DNA of 32,000 nucleotides from Rhodobacter capsulatus SB 1003 (GCF_000021865.1 NC_014035.1:60001-92000), one strand, 5' to 3'; counted from the stretch's first letter, positions 8,181 through 17,289 are shown. Notes: generated by a model from the sequence alone, not told the origin. Numbers and translations: made by a program.

Positions 8181-9425
8181 TCAGTCCTGCGCCAGCCTGC
8201 GGGCGGCCCACCAGCTGGTTGCGGCCATGGCGCCTGCGGTGGCAAGGCACAGCGCCAGCCCGCCGAACTGGCAGCTGAGCCCCGACAAAAGCGTGCCGAT
8301 CAGCCGCCCGGCCGCATTGGCCATGTAGTAAAAACCGACATCGCGGGTGATCCGCCGCGCATCGCCAAAGGCGAGGATCAGATAGGAATGGACCGAGGAA
8401 TTGACCGCGAAGACGAAGCCGAAGGCGAGCAGTCCGATGAGCAGCGTTGCGGTCAGCCAGGGCGCGGGGGCGGGGGCGATCAGCACCGCGGCTGCCAGCC
8501 CGAAGGGGATCGGCACCAGATAGCCCGCCCAGGTGATCGCCTTCGTCACGATCGCGGCCTCGGGCTGGGATTTCGCGCCCAAGATGCGGGGGGCAAAGGC
8601 CTGCACCGCGCCGTAGGCGATGATCCAGAGCGCCATGAAACCGCCGGTCAGAAAGAACGCCTCGCGGCGGCCCTCGGCCGTGCCGTCGGAGAGAACCGCC
8701 TGGAAATAGACCGGAAGCCCGACGACGAACCAGACATCGCGGGCGCCAAAAAGGAACATCCGCGCCAGCGAAAGCCGGTTCACCTGCGGGTCCTGCGACC
8801 GCCAGCCGCCCCAGGCCTCGTCGGATTTCATCTTCCCGGGCAGGCCCTTGGGCAGGAAGGCCACGACCGCGATCAGGATCGCCGCCAGAAGCCCCGCCAT
8901 GCCCCAGATCGCCGGCTTGAAGCCGACAAGCGCCAGAAGCGCCGCGCCAAGGAAGAAGCCGAGCCCCTTCACCGCGTTCTTTGACCCGGTCAGCGCCGCC
9001 ACCCAGCGAAACAGCCCGCCCTCGCCGCTGGGGGCGAGCAGTTTCACCGCCGATTTCGACGACATCTTGGCCAGATCCTTGGCAACGCCCGAGACACCCT
9101 GCACCGCCATCACGAAAGCGACCGAGGCGGGGATCGACCAGCCCGGGTCCAGCTGCGTCAGCGCGACCAGCGCCGCGACCTGCAGGCCAAGCCCGCCGTA
9201 AAGCGTGGCGGCCAGGCCGAACCGCGCCGCCAGCCAGCCCGCGCCAAGATTGGTGGCAATGCCCGCGACTTCGTAAAGCAGAAACAGCCAGGCCAGCGCG
9301 ACCGGGCTGAAGCCCAGCCCGTTGAACTGCAACAGCACCAGCATCCGCAGCGCGCCATCGGTGAGCATGAAGGCCCAATAGGCGGCGGTGACGGCAGCGT
9401 AGGCGCGGATCGGATTGGCGCTCAC
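8181..9425 (-). CDS. arsJ: ArsJ, MFS exporter of 1-arseno-3-phosphoglycerate
   Basis: The segments [51 protein letters not shown] and [14 protein letters not shown] match my recollection of ArsJ. It is directly downstream of a GAPDH gene. I propose the GTG start at 9425, overlapping the GAPDH TGA (GTGA). The track ORF extends to 9479. Confidence 0.85.
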   Translation of the reverse strand: MSANPIRAYAAVTAAYWAFMLTDGALRMLVLLQFNGLGFSPVALAWLFLLYEVAGIATNLGAGWLAARFGLAATLYGGLGLQVAALVALTQLDPGWSIPASVAFVMAVQGVSGVAKDLAKMSSKSAVKLLAPSGEGGLFRWVAALTGSKNAVKGLGFFLGAALLALVGFKPAIWGMAGLLAAILIAVVAFLPKGLPGKMKSDEAWGGWRSQDPQVNRLSLARMFLFGARDVWFVVGLPVYFQAVLSDGTAEGRREAFFLTGGFMALWIIAYGAVQAFAPRILGAKSQPEAAIVTKAITWAGYLVPIPFGLAAAVLIAPAPAPWLTATLLIGLLAFGFVFAVNSSVHSYLILAFGDARRITRDVGFYYMANAAGRLIGTLLSGLSCQFGGLALCLATAGAMAATSWWAARRLAQD

Positions 9426-10429
9426 AACGACCCCGCCACCATTCGGGCGATATCGGCCATCCGGCAGACATAGCCCCATTCGTTGTCATACCAGGCGTAA
9501 AGCTTGAGCTGCGTGCCATTGACCACCATCGTCGAGGGGCCGTCGATCACCGCCGAGCGCGGGTCGTTGGTGAAATCCGACGACACCAGCGGCCGCGTCT
9601 CGAAACCGAGGATGCCGTTCAGCCCTCCCTCGGCGGCGGTCTGCAGAAGGCTGTTCACCTCTGCGACCGTGGTCGGGCGGTCAAGTTCGAAGACGCAATC
9701 GGTCAGCGAGGCATTCAAAAGCGGCACCCGGACGGCATGGCCATTGAGCCGCCCTTTCAGCTCGGGATAGATCAGCGTGATCGCCGTGGCCGAGCCGGTG
9801 GTGGTGGGAATGAGGTTCATCAGCGCCGACCGCGCCCGGCGCAGGTCTTTCGCGGGGCGGTCGACGATCGTTTGCGTGTTCGTCACGTCATGCAGTGTGG
9901 TGATGGATCCGTGTTTGATTCCAAGCGCTTCGTGGATCACCTTCACGATGGGGGCCAGGCAGTTGGTGGTGCAGGACGCCGCCGTGATCAGCCGCTGGCT
10001 GCCATCGTAAAGCACGTGGTTCACGCCATAGACGAGGTTCAGCGCGCCCGTATCCTTGACCGGGGCCGAAACGACGACCTTGCGCACGCCTGCATCGAAA
10101 TAGGGCTGGACCTTGGCCGCGGTCTTGAACTGCCCGGTGCAATCGAGCACCAGATCGACCCCGATCTCGGCCAGGGGCAGGGCTTCAAGGGTCTTTTCCC
10201 GCGTCAGCCGGATGCGCTGCCCCGCGATCTGAAGCCCGGTTTCGGTGGCGGCAACCGGGGTCGGCCAGCGGCCATGCACCGTGTCGAACTCGAGCAGCAG
10301 CGCATGGGTTTCGGCGTCGCCCATGGCGTCGTTCAAAAGCACGATCTCGGGCCCGCGCCCCAGATCGATGAGCCGCCGCAAGAGCAGTTTTCCCATCCGG
10401 CCCAAGCCGTTGATCGCAAGTCTCGCCAT
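9422..10429 (-). CDS. gap: Glyceraldehyde-3-phosphate dehydrogenase, ArsJ-associated paralogue
   Basis: [12 protein letters not shown]-binding N-terminus, catalytic [10 protein letters not shown]-terminal WYDNEWGY. Embedded between arsR::arsC and arsJ. Confidence 0.9.
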   Translation of the reverse strand: MARLAINGLGRMGKLLLRRLIDLGRGPEIVLLNDAMGDAETHALLLEFDTVHGRWPTPVAATETGLQIAGQRIRLTREKTLEALPLAEIGVDLVLDCTGQFKTAAKVQPYFDAGVRKVVVSAPVKDTGALNLVYGVNHVLYDGSQRLITAASCTTNCLAPIVKVIHEALGIKHGSITTLHDVTNTQTIVDRPAKDLRRARSALMNLIPTTTGSATAITLIYPELKGRLNGHAVRVPLLNASLTDCVFELDRPTTVAEVNSLLQTAAEGGLNGILGFETRPLVSSDFTNDPRSAVIDGPSTMVVNGTQLKLYAWYDNEWGYVCRMADIARMVAGSL

Positions 10430-10432
10430 GGC

Positions 10433-11278
10433 TCAGGCCTTTTCGGGCAGGGCGCCGATCGCATCGACGCGGGTTTGCAGCGCCAGCCGGTCGAGCGTGG
10501 CAAAGGGCAGGTCGACAAAGGCGGCAATGCGGCGGCGCAGCGCCCCGTAGGTCTGGGCGAAAACCAGCGCGCGTTCGGCCTCGGTGCCGGTGGCCTTGAC
10601 CGGATCGGGCAGGCCCCAATGGCCGGTGATCGGCTGACCGGGCCAGGGCGGGCAGTCCTCGGCCGCCGCCGTATCGCAGACGGTGAAGACGAACTCCATC
10701 TGCGGCGCGGCGGGGCCCTGGAACTCCGACAGATGCTTGGCGCGCAGGCCCCCGGTGTCATGGCCGTTGCGGCTCAGCACCTCGAGCGCGAAAGGGTTGA
10801 TCGCGGTCCCGGGCCGCGTTCCGGCGGAATGGGCGGTGAACTTGCCCGCGCCCAGATCGCGCAGGAGCGCCTCGGCAAAGATCGAGCGGGCGGAATTGCC
10901 CGAGCAGATGAAAAGCACGTTGAAGGGCGTGTCGGGCATGGGATTTGCCTTTTCATGAAGAGCTTTGGGCATCAGGTCGGGCCGGGCCCGGCCCAGATCG
11001 AGGGCGAGATAGCCGATCAGGGATTCGGTTTTGTGAAGATCGACGGCGTAGAAAAGCGACCGCCCCTGCCGGGTGACTGTGACCAGCCCGCAAGCAGTCA
11101 GATCCGCCAGATGATGCGAGAGGGTGTTTGGCTTCAGCCCCAGCGCCGCGGCGATTTCGGTGGGCCGCACGCCCTGCGGCGCAAAGCGCATGAGCATCCG
11201 GAACACCGACAGGCGACCGGGATGGCCAAGACAGGCAAAGGCCGCGGCGGCCTCGGGGGTGGGGCAAGTGTTTTCCAT
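10433..11278 (-). CDS. arsC: Fusion protein: ArsR-type winged HTH + LMW-PTP-type (thioredoxin-coupled) arsenate reductase ArsC
   Basis: The N-terminal ~110 aa contain LGHPGRLSVFRMLM...NTLSHHLADLTACGLV (ArsR HTH). The C-terminal part has FNVLFICSGNSARS (P-loop Cys) and TVCDTAAAEDCP (the second and third redox Cys). Confidence 0.85.
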   Translation of the reverse strand: MENTCPTPEAAAAFACLGHPGRLSVFRMLMRFAPQGVRPTEIAAALGLKPNTLSHHLADLTACGLVTVTRQGRSLFYAVDLHKTESLIGYLALDLGRARPDLMPKALHEKANPMPDTPFNVLFICSGNSARSIFAEALLRDLGAGKFTAHSAGTRPGTAINPFALEVLSRNGHDTGGLRAKHLSEFQGPAAPQMEFVFTVCDTAAAEDCPPWPGQPITGHWGLPDPVKATGTEAERALVFAQTYGALRRRIAAFVDLPFATLDRLALQTRVDAIGALPEKA

Positions 11279-11280
11279 GC

Positions 11281-11296
11281 TTCCTGAATACAGGAA
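11281..11296. promoter_or_regulatory. Perfect palindrome TTCCTG-AATA-CAGGAA overlapping the RBS of arsR::arsC
   Basis: 6-bp arms starting 3 nt upstream of the ATG at 11278. One arm contains the AGGAA Shine-Dalgarno-like sequence. Confidence 0.3.
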
Positions 11297-11344
11297 GCAA
11301 TCCCCCCGTCCAGTGAAGCTTTCATGACAATCCGGCGACAGGCG

Positions 11345-12307
11345 TCACGTCTCGCAGATGACGCGGCCGATGTCGCGCAGATCGTACCCCCCGATGGCGC
11401 CGAATTCGGCCTTGAAGGCCTGCGAGCGCAGCACCGACAGGAGCGCCTGCACCTCGGGGCGGGGCAGATGTTCGGTCTTCACCACAAGGTCGTAGCGTTC
11501 GCGCTGCATCGGCAGAAAGGCGACCCCATCCACCTGCCGCGCGATCTTTTCCGTGCCCACCGCGATATCGGCCTCGCCCCGTCCCACGGCGCTTGCCAGC
11601 GCCAGATGCGAGGCGCTTTCCTGCCCGTAGCCGGCAATCCGGCTACCGGAAATCCCGAGCCGTCGCAGGTGTTCATCCAGCAGCACCCGCGACCCCGCCC
11701 CCTTTTCGCGGTTGATCATGCGGATGTCGTCGCGGCCGAAATCCGCCCAGCCGGTGATCCGCTTCGGGTTCCCTTCGGCCACATAAAGCCCCTGCATCCG
11801 CCAGGTGACATTGACGATCGTGCAGGCAATGCCCGGCAGCAGCGCCCGCACATGCGCAATGTTGTAGCTGTCGCTGGCGCCGTCCCACAGATGCGCCGTC
11901 GCGACGCCGACCCGGTCATGATACAGCGACACAAGGCTGTCGTAGCTGCCGATATAGGCCCGAAGCGCCATCACCCCGCGCTGCCGCAGCAGGTTCGAAA
12001 GCACGTCAAGGATCAGATCCTGCCCGCAGATCACGAAGCCCGCACTGCCCGGCCGCTGCGCGCCAAGGTCGAAATGACGGCCCTCCTACAGCACCACCGG
12101 CCCGGGGCGGGCGGCGGGGCAAGCCGTTCCCTCGACATAGGCGCGCAGCTGCGCCGCGCTGAAGCGGATCTTGCGGCCGACCTTGTAATGGCCGATCGCC
12201 CCCGCCTTGATCAGCGCATAGACCCCGCTTTTCGAGATCTTGAGCCGCAGCGCGACCTCTTCGGCGGTCATGGCATCTGTCGGGGCATCGCTTGCAGCAT
12301 CGGACAT
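11345..12307 (-). pseudogene. HTH_17 (excisionase/MerR-like) + PBP_like oxyanion-binding-domain regulator (TunR/ModE-like class), interrupted by an in-frame TAG
   Basis: Track ORFs 12086..12307 (MTAEEVALRLKISKSGVYALIKAGAIGHYKVGRKIRF) and 11345..12034 (ICGQDLILDVLSNLL...HLALASAVGRGEADIAVG) are in the same frame (12307-12034=273). They are separated only by a TAG at 12086-12088 and 17 sense codons. Confidence 0.65.
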
Positions 12308-12503
12308 GGCACGGGCCTTTCTGCGATTTCGTGATGGTTCGCCCTATTCCGCGCATTCACGATCTTCCATCGGCCCGAGTCAATTCGTTTTCGCTTTACT
12401 TCGCGCCGATATCTGGCTTGATCCGGCGAGCAGACAGCAAAACGGGTGCAAAAGCTGCATTTTCGCCCCGTTTCGCCTCGGTTCACGCATCGAAAGGTCC
12501 GCC

Positions 12504-13166
12504 ATGCCGCAGCCCTTCGCACCCCTGCCGCCTTTCTCTCGGGCGGGGTCATTGGCACCCTGGGCGGGTTGATCGGCCTTGGCGGTGCCGATGGCCGATC
12601 TGGCGGCGCAATGGCCGGTGATCGTGAATCTGCTGGCGGGCAGTCTGGCCGGGGCGTGGTTTGGCGCAGGCTGGGCGACGCGTTTGCGCTCTGACATCCT
12701 GTTCAAGGTGATCGCGGCGCTGATGGCGGGAATTGCCGTGGTGCTTCTGACCGGCCACGGCGTGGCGTCGGGCGCGGCCCTCGTCACCGGCGGCGCGCAG
12801 ATCGGTCTGGGCGTGGTCGCGGGCTTTGCGATCGGCATCGTCGCGGCGCTGATGGGGGTGGCGGGGGGCGAATTGCTGATCCCGACGCTGGTGATCCTGT
12901 TCGGGGCCGACATCAAGCTGGCGGGGTCGCTCTCGCTTGCGGTCAGCCTGCCGACGATGCTGGTGGGTTTTGCCCGCTACAGCCGCGATCAGGCCTTTGC
13001 CACGCTGGGCCGCAACCGGATTTTCGTCGCGGTGATGGCGGCAGGCTCGATCGCAGGCAGCTTTCTGGGCGGGCATCTGCTGGGCCTTGTGCCCGAGGCG
13101 GTCCTGCTGCCCGGCCTCGCGCTCATTCTGGTGATTTCCGCCTTCAAGGTCTGGCGGCACAAGTAG
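12504..13166 (+). pseudogene. TSUP (TauE/SafE, DUF81) family anion exporter, apparently disrupted near the 5' end
   Basis: The 195-aa ORF 12579..13166 has the second-repeat motif MGVAGGELLIPTL. The expected first-repeat motif FLSGGVIGTLGGLIGLGGA is encoded at 12533-12589 in a different frame. It is followed directly by ADLAAQWPVIVNLL in the main frame. This implies a non-multiple-of-3 internal deletion. Confidence 0.5.
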
Positions 13167-13331
13167 GCGGGTGGTGACTTTTGCCGCAATGACCTGACCC
13201 GCCCGCCTTCGCGATTTCCTGAGGATCGATCACGTGGCGGCGTCGACGGGGAGCGGCCCTTCGTGTCGCGACCTGGCGTCACGCTGCGGCCCGCTCGGGC
13301 GACCGCTTCGGAGGTTGCGGCCGGGCGGATC

Positions 13332-13392
13332 GACCGACGGCAAAGGGCCGGGTCCGTCGATCAACTCGTCGCCTTCGCAACGGGCGGGAAGC
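13332..13392 (+). repeat. Left copy of a 61-bp imperfect direct repeat flanking the OLD/UvrD islet
   Basis: Manual alignment with 17293-17353 gives 54/61 identical, including an 18-nt identical run cgtcgatcaactcgtcgc. Confidence 0.7.
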
Positions 13393-13603
13393 TGTCCGAT
13401 GCAAGTGCGGCATTCCAGTTGCGTCAAGTCGGCAAGACGGACGCTCACAAAACCGCAGCTAGCTTTCTTAGTAAATGATGAGCATATACTCAGGGGTGAA
13501 TAGCGCAAAAGAAAGCGCATTGAAGTTGTTTGTGCAGACCAAGAGATTTAAACGTAAGTGGTGAGCATTTTCTCGGCGCCCATATCGTGAGGAATTCGTA
13601 CAA

Positions 13604-15388
13604 ATGCGGATTTCGCGAGTAAGAATAGCCAACTTTGCAAATTTCTCCGATCTCGACGTCGAGACGGGCGAGAGCATCGTCATCGTCGGTGAAAACAAGG
13701 TCGGCAAGAGCAACTTCATCCGCGCCCTGCAACTGATCCTCGACCCCGGGCTCTCGGAACGAGACCGCCAACTCGGACTCGAACATTTCTGGGATGGCTT
13801 AGGAGAGGACAAGCTTGGCGAGGCGATCGAAATCTCAATCGATCTGACGGATTTCACCAACGATCCGCGTCTGATGGCGCATCTCAACGACTGCGTGGTG
13901 GACCCGGGCCCGCCAATGGTCGCGCGCCTTACGTACCGCTTCCAGCCAAAGGCAAATCTCGGCCGTGATCCCGAAAGTCTGGCTGACTACGAGTACGTCA
14001 TTTTCGGCGGCGACGATCCCGATATGGCGATCGGGTCATCATTGCGCCGGATGCTCCCGCTCGACGTTCAGGTGGCGCTACGTGACGCAGAGAAAGACCT
14101 GTCGATCTGGCGAAATTCGCCGCTAAGGCCGTTGATCGAACAGTTGGCAACTTCGCTGGACGAAGACGCTCGCGACGAAATCCAGGAACAAGTAAACGAG
14201 GCTCAAGCCGAGCTTGCCGGTCATGCCGAGGTGGTTGCTACCGCGCAGCGGATCAGCGACCGCCTGATCGCTATTGCGGGTGAGCAGCATGCCGTTCCGC
14301 TCACGCTAGGCCTAGCTCCGACGCGGGTCGATGCGCTACTGCGTAGCCTGCGCCTGCTGATCGACAATGGTGCGCGCAGTATTGGCGATGCCAGCCTCGG
14401 CACCGCCAACCTGATCTTTCTGGCGTTGAAGAGCCTCGAGTTGGATCGTTTGGTGACTGACGGCGAGCGTGACCACACCTTCTTCGTGGTCGAAGAGCCC
14501 GAGGCGCATCTTCATCCGCATGTCCAGCGGCTGGTCTATCGGTATTTCCTCGGCGGCGCTGCAGATGACCAAGAAGATGCTCCGCCTCTTACGACCATCC
14601 TCACGACGCACTCGCCGCATATCGCCAGCGTCACACCGATCCGCTCGATCGTCCTGCTCCGCTACGACGCCGGCGAGGATGCGACGACCGCCGTCTCGAC
14701 AGCGACGGCTCCGCTGACGGAGCGCGATGAGGCCGACCTCCAGCGTTACATCGATGTCAGCCGCGGCGAGATCTTCTTTGCGCGAGGCGTCATCCTCGTT
14801 GAGGGCGATGCCGAGCGGTTTCTCATTCCCGCATTCGCTGAGGCGCTGGACATCCCGCTCGACATGCTGGGCATCACGGTCTGCTCGGTGAGCGGCACCA
14901 ATTTCACGCCCTATGTGAAGCTGCTGGGTCCGCAGGGCCTGAACATTCCGCACGTCATCCTGACAGATCGCGATCCGAACGGCACGAGGCCGCCGCTGGT
15001 ACGCCGCCGCCTCATCGAGGTGCTGAATCTGGTCGAGAACGGGGTGGACTACACGCCGCTCGACGCCGATGCCGTGATCGCCCGCGCGGAGCCACTCGGC
15101 TATTTCGTGAATGGCAACACACTAGAGCCGGAACTGTTCTGTGGCGGCCTCGCGGACGCGATGCAGGAGATCATAGAAGAGGAACTGCCAATCAATCAGG
15201 CGACCCGCGACCTGCTGCAAGGCTGGGTCGACGACACCGACACGCTCGATGAGGAGAGGCTGATCAAACTCATCGAACGGATCGGCAAGGGACGCTTCGC
15301 GCAGGCGCTGGCGCCGTACGTCGAGGAGGATACGTGCCCGGACTATATCCGCAAGGCGCTGGAGTACATTCGCGATGCCCTTGCGTAG
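13604..15388 (+). CDS. OLD-family ATP-dependent endonuclease (ABC-type ATPase + TOPRIM), GajA-like / class 2 OLD
   Basis: Walker A is VGENKVGKSN, Walker B is FFVVEEPEAHLHP, followed by TTHSPHI. The TOPRIM glutamate is in ILVEGDAERFLIP and the acidic cluster in HVILTDRDPNG. 594 aa. Confidence 0.85.
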   Translation: MRISRVRIANFANFSDLDVETGESIVIVGENKVGKSNFIRALQLILDPGLSERDRQLGLEHFWDGLGEDKLGEAIEISIDLTDFTNDPRLMAHLNDCVVDPGPPMVARLTYRFQPKANLGRDPESLADYEYVIFGGDDPDMAIGSSLRRMLPLDVQVALRDAEKDLSIWRNSPLRPLIEQLATSLDEDARDEIQEQVNEAQAELAGHAEVVATAQRISDRLIAIAGEQHAVPLTLGLAPTRVDALLRSLRLLIDNGARSIGDASLGTANLIFLALKSLELDRLVTDGERDHTFFVVEEPEAHLHPHVQRLVYRYFLGGAADDQEDAPPLTTILTTHSPHIASVTPIRSIVLLRYDAGEDATTAVSTATAPLTERDEADLQRYIDVSRGEIFFARGVILVEGDAERFLIPAFAEALDIPLDMLGITVCSVSGTNFTPYVKLLGPQGLNIPHVILTDRDPNGTRPPLVRRRLIEVLNLVENGVDYTPLDADAVIARAEPLGYFVNGNTLEPELFCGGLADAMQEIIEEELPINQATRDLLQGWVDDTDTLDEERLIKLIERIGKGRFAQALAPYVEEDTCPDYIRKALEYIRDALA

Positions 15389-17192
15389 TGTCAGCGCCGC
15401 CTATCTCGCGCAAGCAGCGGACTTGGCCAGTAACCCGGGCCAGCAAGCCGCCTATGACTCGACCGGCCATTGTGTCGTGCTCGCCGGCCCCGGCAGCGGC
15501 AAGACCAAGACGCTGGTGCTCAAGCTTGCCCGGATCATGGCTGAAGACGTACGCGCGCCACGCGGCGCGGCATGCATCACCTACAGCCAGGAGTGCGCGC
15601 GCGAGCTGACGCGCCGACTGGAGCGGCTGGGCCTGAGAGAGGCGCCGAACCTCTTCATCGGCACGGTCCATGGTTTTTGTCTGAGGCATCTGTTGATGCC
15701 CTATGGCCGTCTTGCCAATCTGCCGGTGCCGTTCCCGCTTGCGGTCGCCACGCAACGACAGAGCGACCAGGCGATGAATCGGGTCGGGGACAGGCTCTTC
15801 GGCGTAGGTCATCCGAACAAGCCGATGGATCTGGGGCGTCATCGGCGATCGATATTGGACAGGACGTCGGAAGCCTGGACAGATGAGGAGGAGCTTGCGG
15901 CATGGGCCGAGGGCTACGAAGCCGAGCTGCGGCGAACAGGTCTCGTCGATTTCGATGACCTCGTGATTTTCGGCCAGCGTCTGGTGTCGGAACACGACTG
16001 GGTGCTTCCGCTGCTCCAAGCGAAATTCCCAGTCCTAGCGGTCGATGAATATCAGGATCTCGGCGTTGCGCTGCACCGCATAGTCAAGCGCGTCGCCTTC
16101 GACGGGGGTGTCCGCCTCTTTGCGGTCGGAGATCCGGATCAGTCGATCTACGGCTTCACGGGTGCGGACGGAGCTTTGCTGGAGGAGCTAGCGGAGCGCG
16201 ACGATGTCGAGCGCGTTCAGCTTCAACTCAATTATCGCTCGGCCACGCGGATTGTCAGTGCCTCCGAAATGGCGCTCGGCGAGGATCGCGGCTACCGATC
16301 GAACGACCCGGATCGCCAGGCGGTGATCGCCTTCCTTGAATGCGACGATGGCCTGGTAGGCCAGGCCGCGCACGCGGTCGCCGAGATCATCCCAGCGGCG
16401 CTTGCCGCCAAACCGGGACGTGCGCTCGGCGACATCGCCATCCTCTACCGGGACTATCGTGCCGGCGACGTGGTGGCGGAAGCGGTCGCGTCCGCCGGTC
16501 TCGACTTTGTGCGGGTCGACACGGCCGCGCCTTATCGCAAGGTCGCACTCACGAGCTGGATCGAGGACTGCGCCGCCTGGTGCTCGGGGGGCTGGCGCAA
16601 AGCACAGCCGCAATTGCGTGGCTTGTTGGACCGCTGGATCGGTTTCCATCGCGCACGGATCTCGGACGCGCAAGCCAGCGCGGAATTGCAAAGCCTCACC
16701 CGGCTTCTCTGGTCGCTCCGGGTTGAAGAGGGGCTGGCCCGAAACTTCGTAGCGGCGCTGCGAGCAGGAATGCTCGACGCGCTGATGGTGGACGAGCCGA
16801 GCCTTGCCGATCAGCGCGAACAGGTCGAGCGGATGTCAGCGGCAGTGGCCGTGGGTGGGCCGCTTGCGGACCTTGACCTCGCAAGTCTTGCTGGGCGTGA
16901 TGGCTCACCACTTCACCTCAATTTGTTGACGCTGCACTCTGCAAAGGGGTGCGAGTACGATGTGGTCATCATGGTGGGGCTCGATCTTGGCAGCCTGCCA
17001 TGGCGTAACGAAGCACCTGCGGCCCAGCGTGAGAGTCGACGTCTGTTCTATGTGGGGCTAACGCGGGCCCGCGATGAAATCCACATGCTATATTCTGGTT
17101 TCGTCGATACCCGCTTCGGGAGGAAGTATTGGGGACGCTCTCCGTTCCTGAACGAGCTTGAGGCGCGAATGCGGGAAGCCGAAGGCGACTAG
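15375..17192 (+). CDS. UvrD/PcrA/Rep-like SF1 helicase, GajB-like partner of the OLD nuclease
   Basis: Helicase motifs: LAGPGSGKTKTLV (motif I), VDEYQDL (motif II), LNYRS, TLHSAKGCEYDVVIM, FYVGLTRARDE (motif VI). The ATG at 15375 lies 14 nt inside the upstream ORF. Confidence 0.85.
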   Translation: MPLRSVSAAYLAQAADLASNPGQQAAYDSTGHCVVLAGPGSGKTKTLVLKLARIMAEDVRAPRGAACITYSQECARELTRRLERLGLREAPNLFIGTVHGFCLRHLLMPYGRLANLPVPFPLAVATQRQSDQAMNRVGDRLFGVGHPNKPMDLGRHRRSILDRTSEAWTDEEELAAWAEGYEAELRRTGLVDFDDLVIFGQRLVSEHDWVLPLLQAKFPVLAVDEYQDLGVALHRIVKRVAFDGGVRLFAVGDPDQSIYGFTGADGALLEELAERDDVERVQLQLNYRSATRIVSASEMALGEDRGYRSNDPDRQAVIAFLECDDGLVGQAAHAVAEIIPAALAAKPGRALGDIAILYRDYRAGDVVAEAVASAGLDFVRVDTAAPYRKVALTSWIEDCAAWCSGGWRKAQPQLRGLLDRWIGFHRARISDAQASAELQSLTRLLWSLRVEEGLARNFVAALRAGMLDALMVDEPSLADQREQVERMSAAVAVGGPLADLDLASLAGRDGSPLHLNLLTLHSAKGCEYDVVIMVGLDLGSLPWRNEAPAAQRESRRLFYVGLTRARDEIHMLYSGFVDTRFGRKYWGRSPFLNELEARMREAEGD

Positions 17193-17289
17193 GTGAAAAG
17201 TGGCGCAATTCGCAACAATGGCGCATAATCGGCCGGTGAAAGCAACGAGCGACTGCTTCGGGAAAGCCGCGCTGCGGCGTGGACACGCT

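Noticed and set aside
7078-9519. Plus-strand ORFs 7078..7911 and 7989..8984, and the 506-aa minus ORF 7999..9519
   Set aside because: These are shadows of the ArsP-like permease, arsR and arsJ genes. Their composition is low complexity, and the minus 7999..9519 ORF is out of frame with arsJ.
12086-12088. TAG as a programmed recoding site (e.g. pyrrolysine or read-through)
   Set aside because: Nothing in the window supports recoding: no pyl genes and no obvious downstream stimulatory structure. A nonsense mutation or consensus error is the simpler explanation.
9737-12334. Plus-strand ORFs 9737..11287 (516 aa) and 11324..12334 (336 aa)
   Set aside because: Antisense to GAPDH/arsR::arsC and to the HTH/PBP_like gene. 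No motifs, and an Arg/Gly/Pro bias.
13167-13603. tRNA, tmRNA or integrase at the islet borders; CRISPR arrays anywhere in the window
   Set aside because: No cloverleaf-compatible sequence or GGTTCGAATCC-like T-arm was seen at either border. No recombinase-like ORF lies between the repeats. No regularly spaced short repeats were seen in the window.
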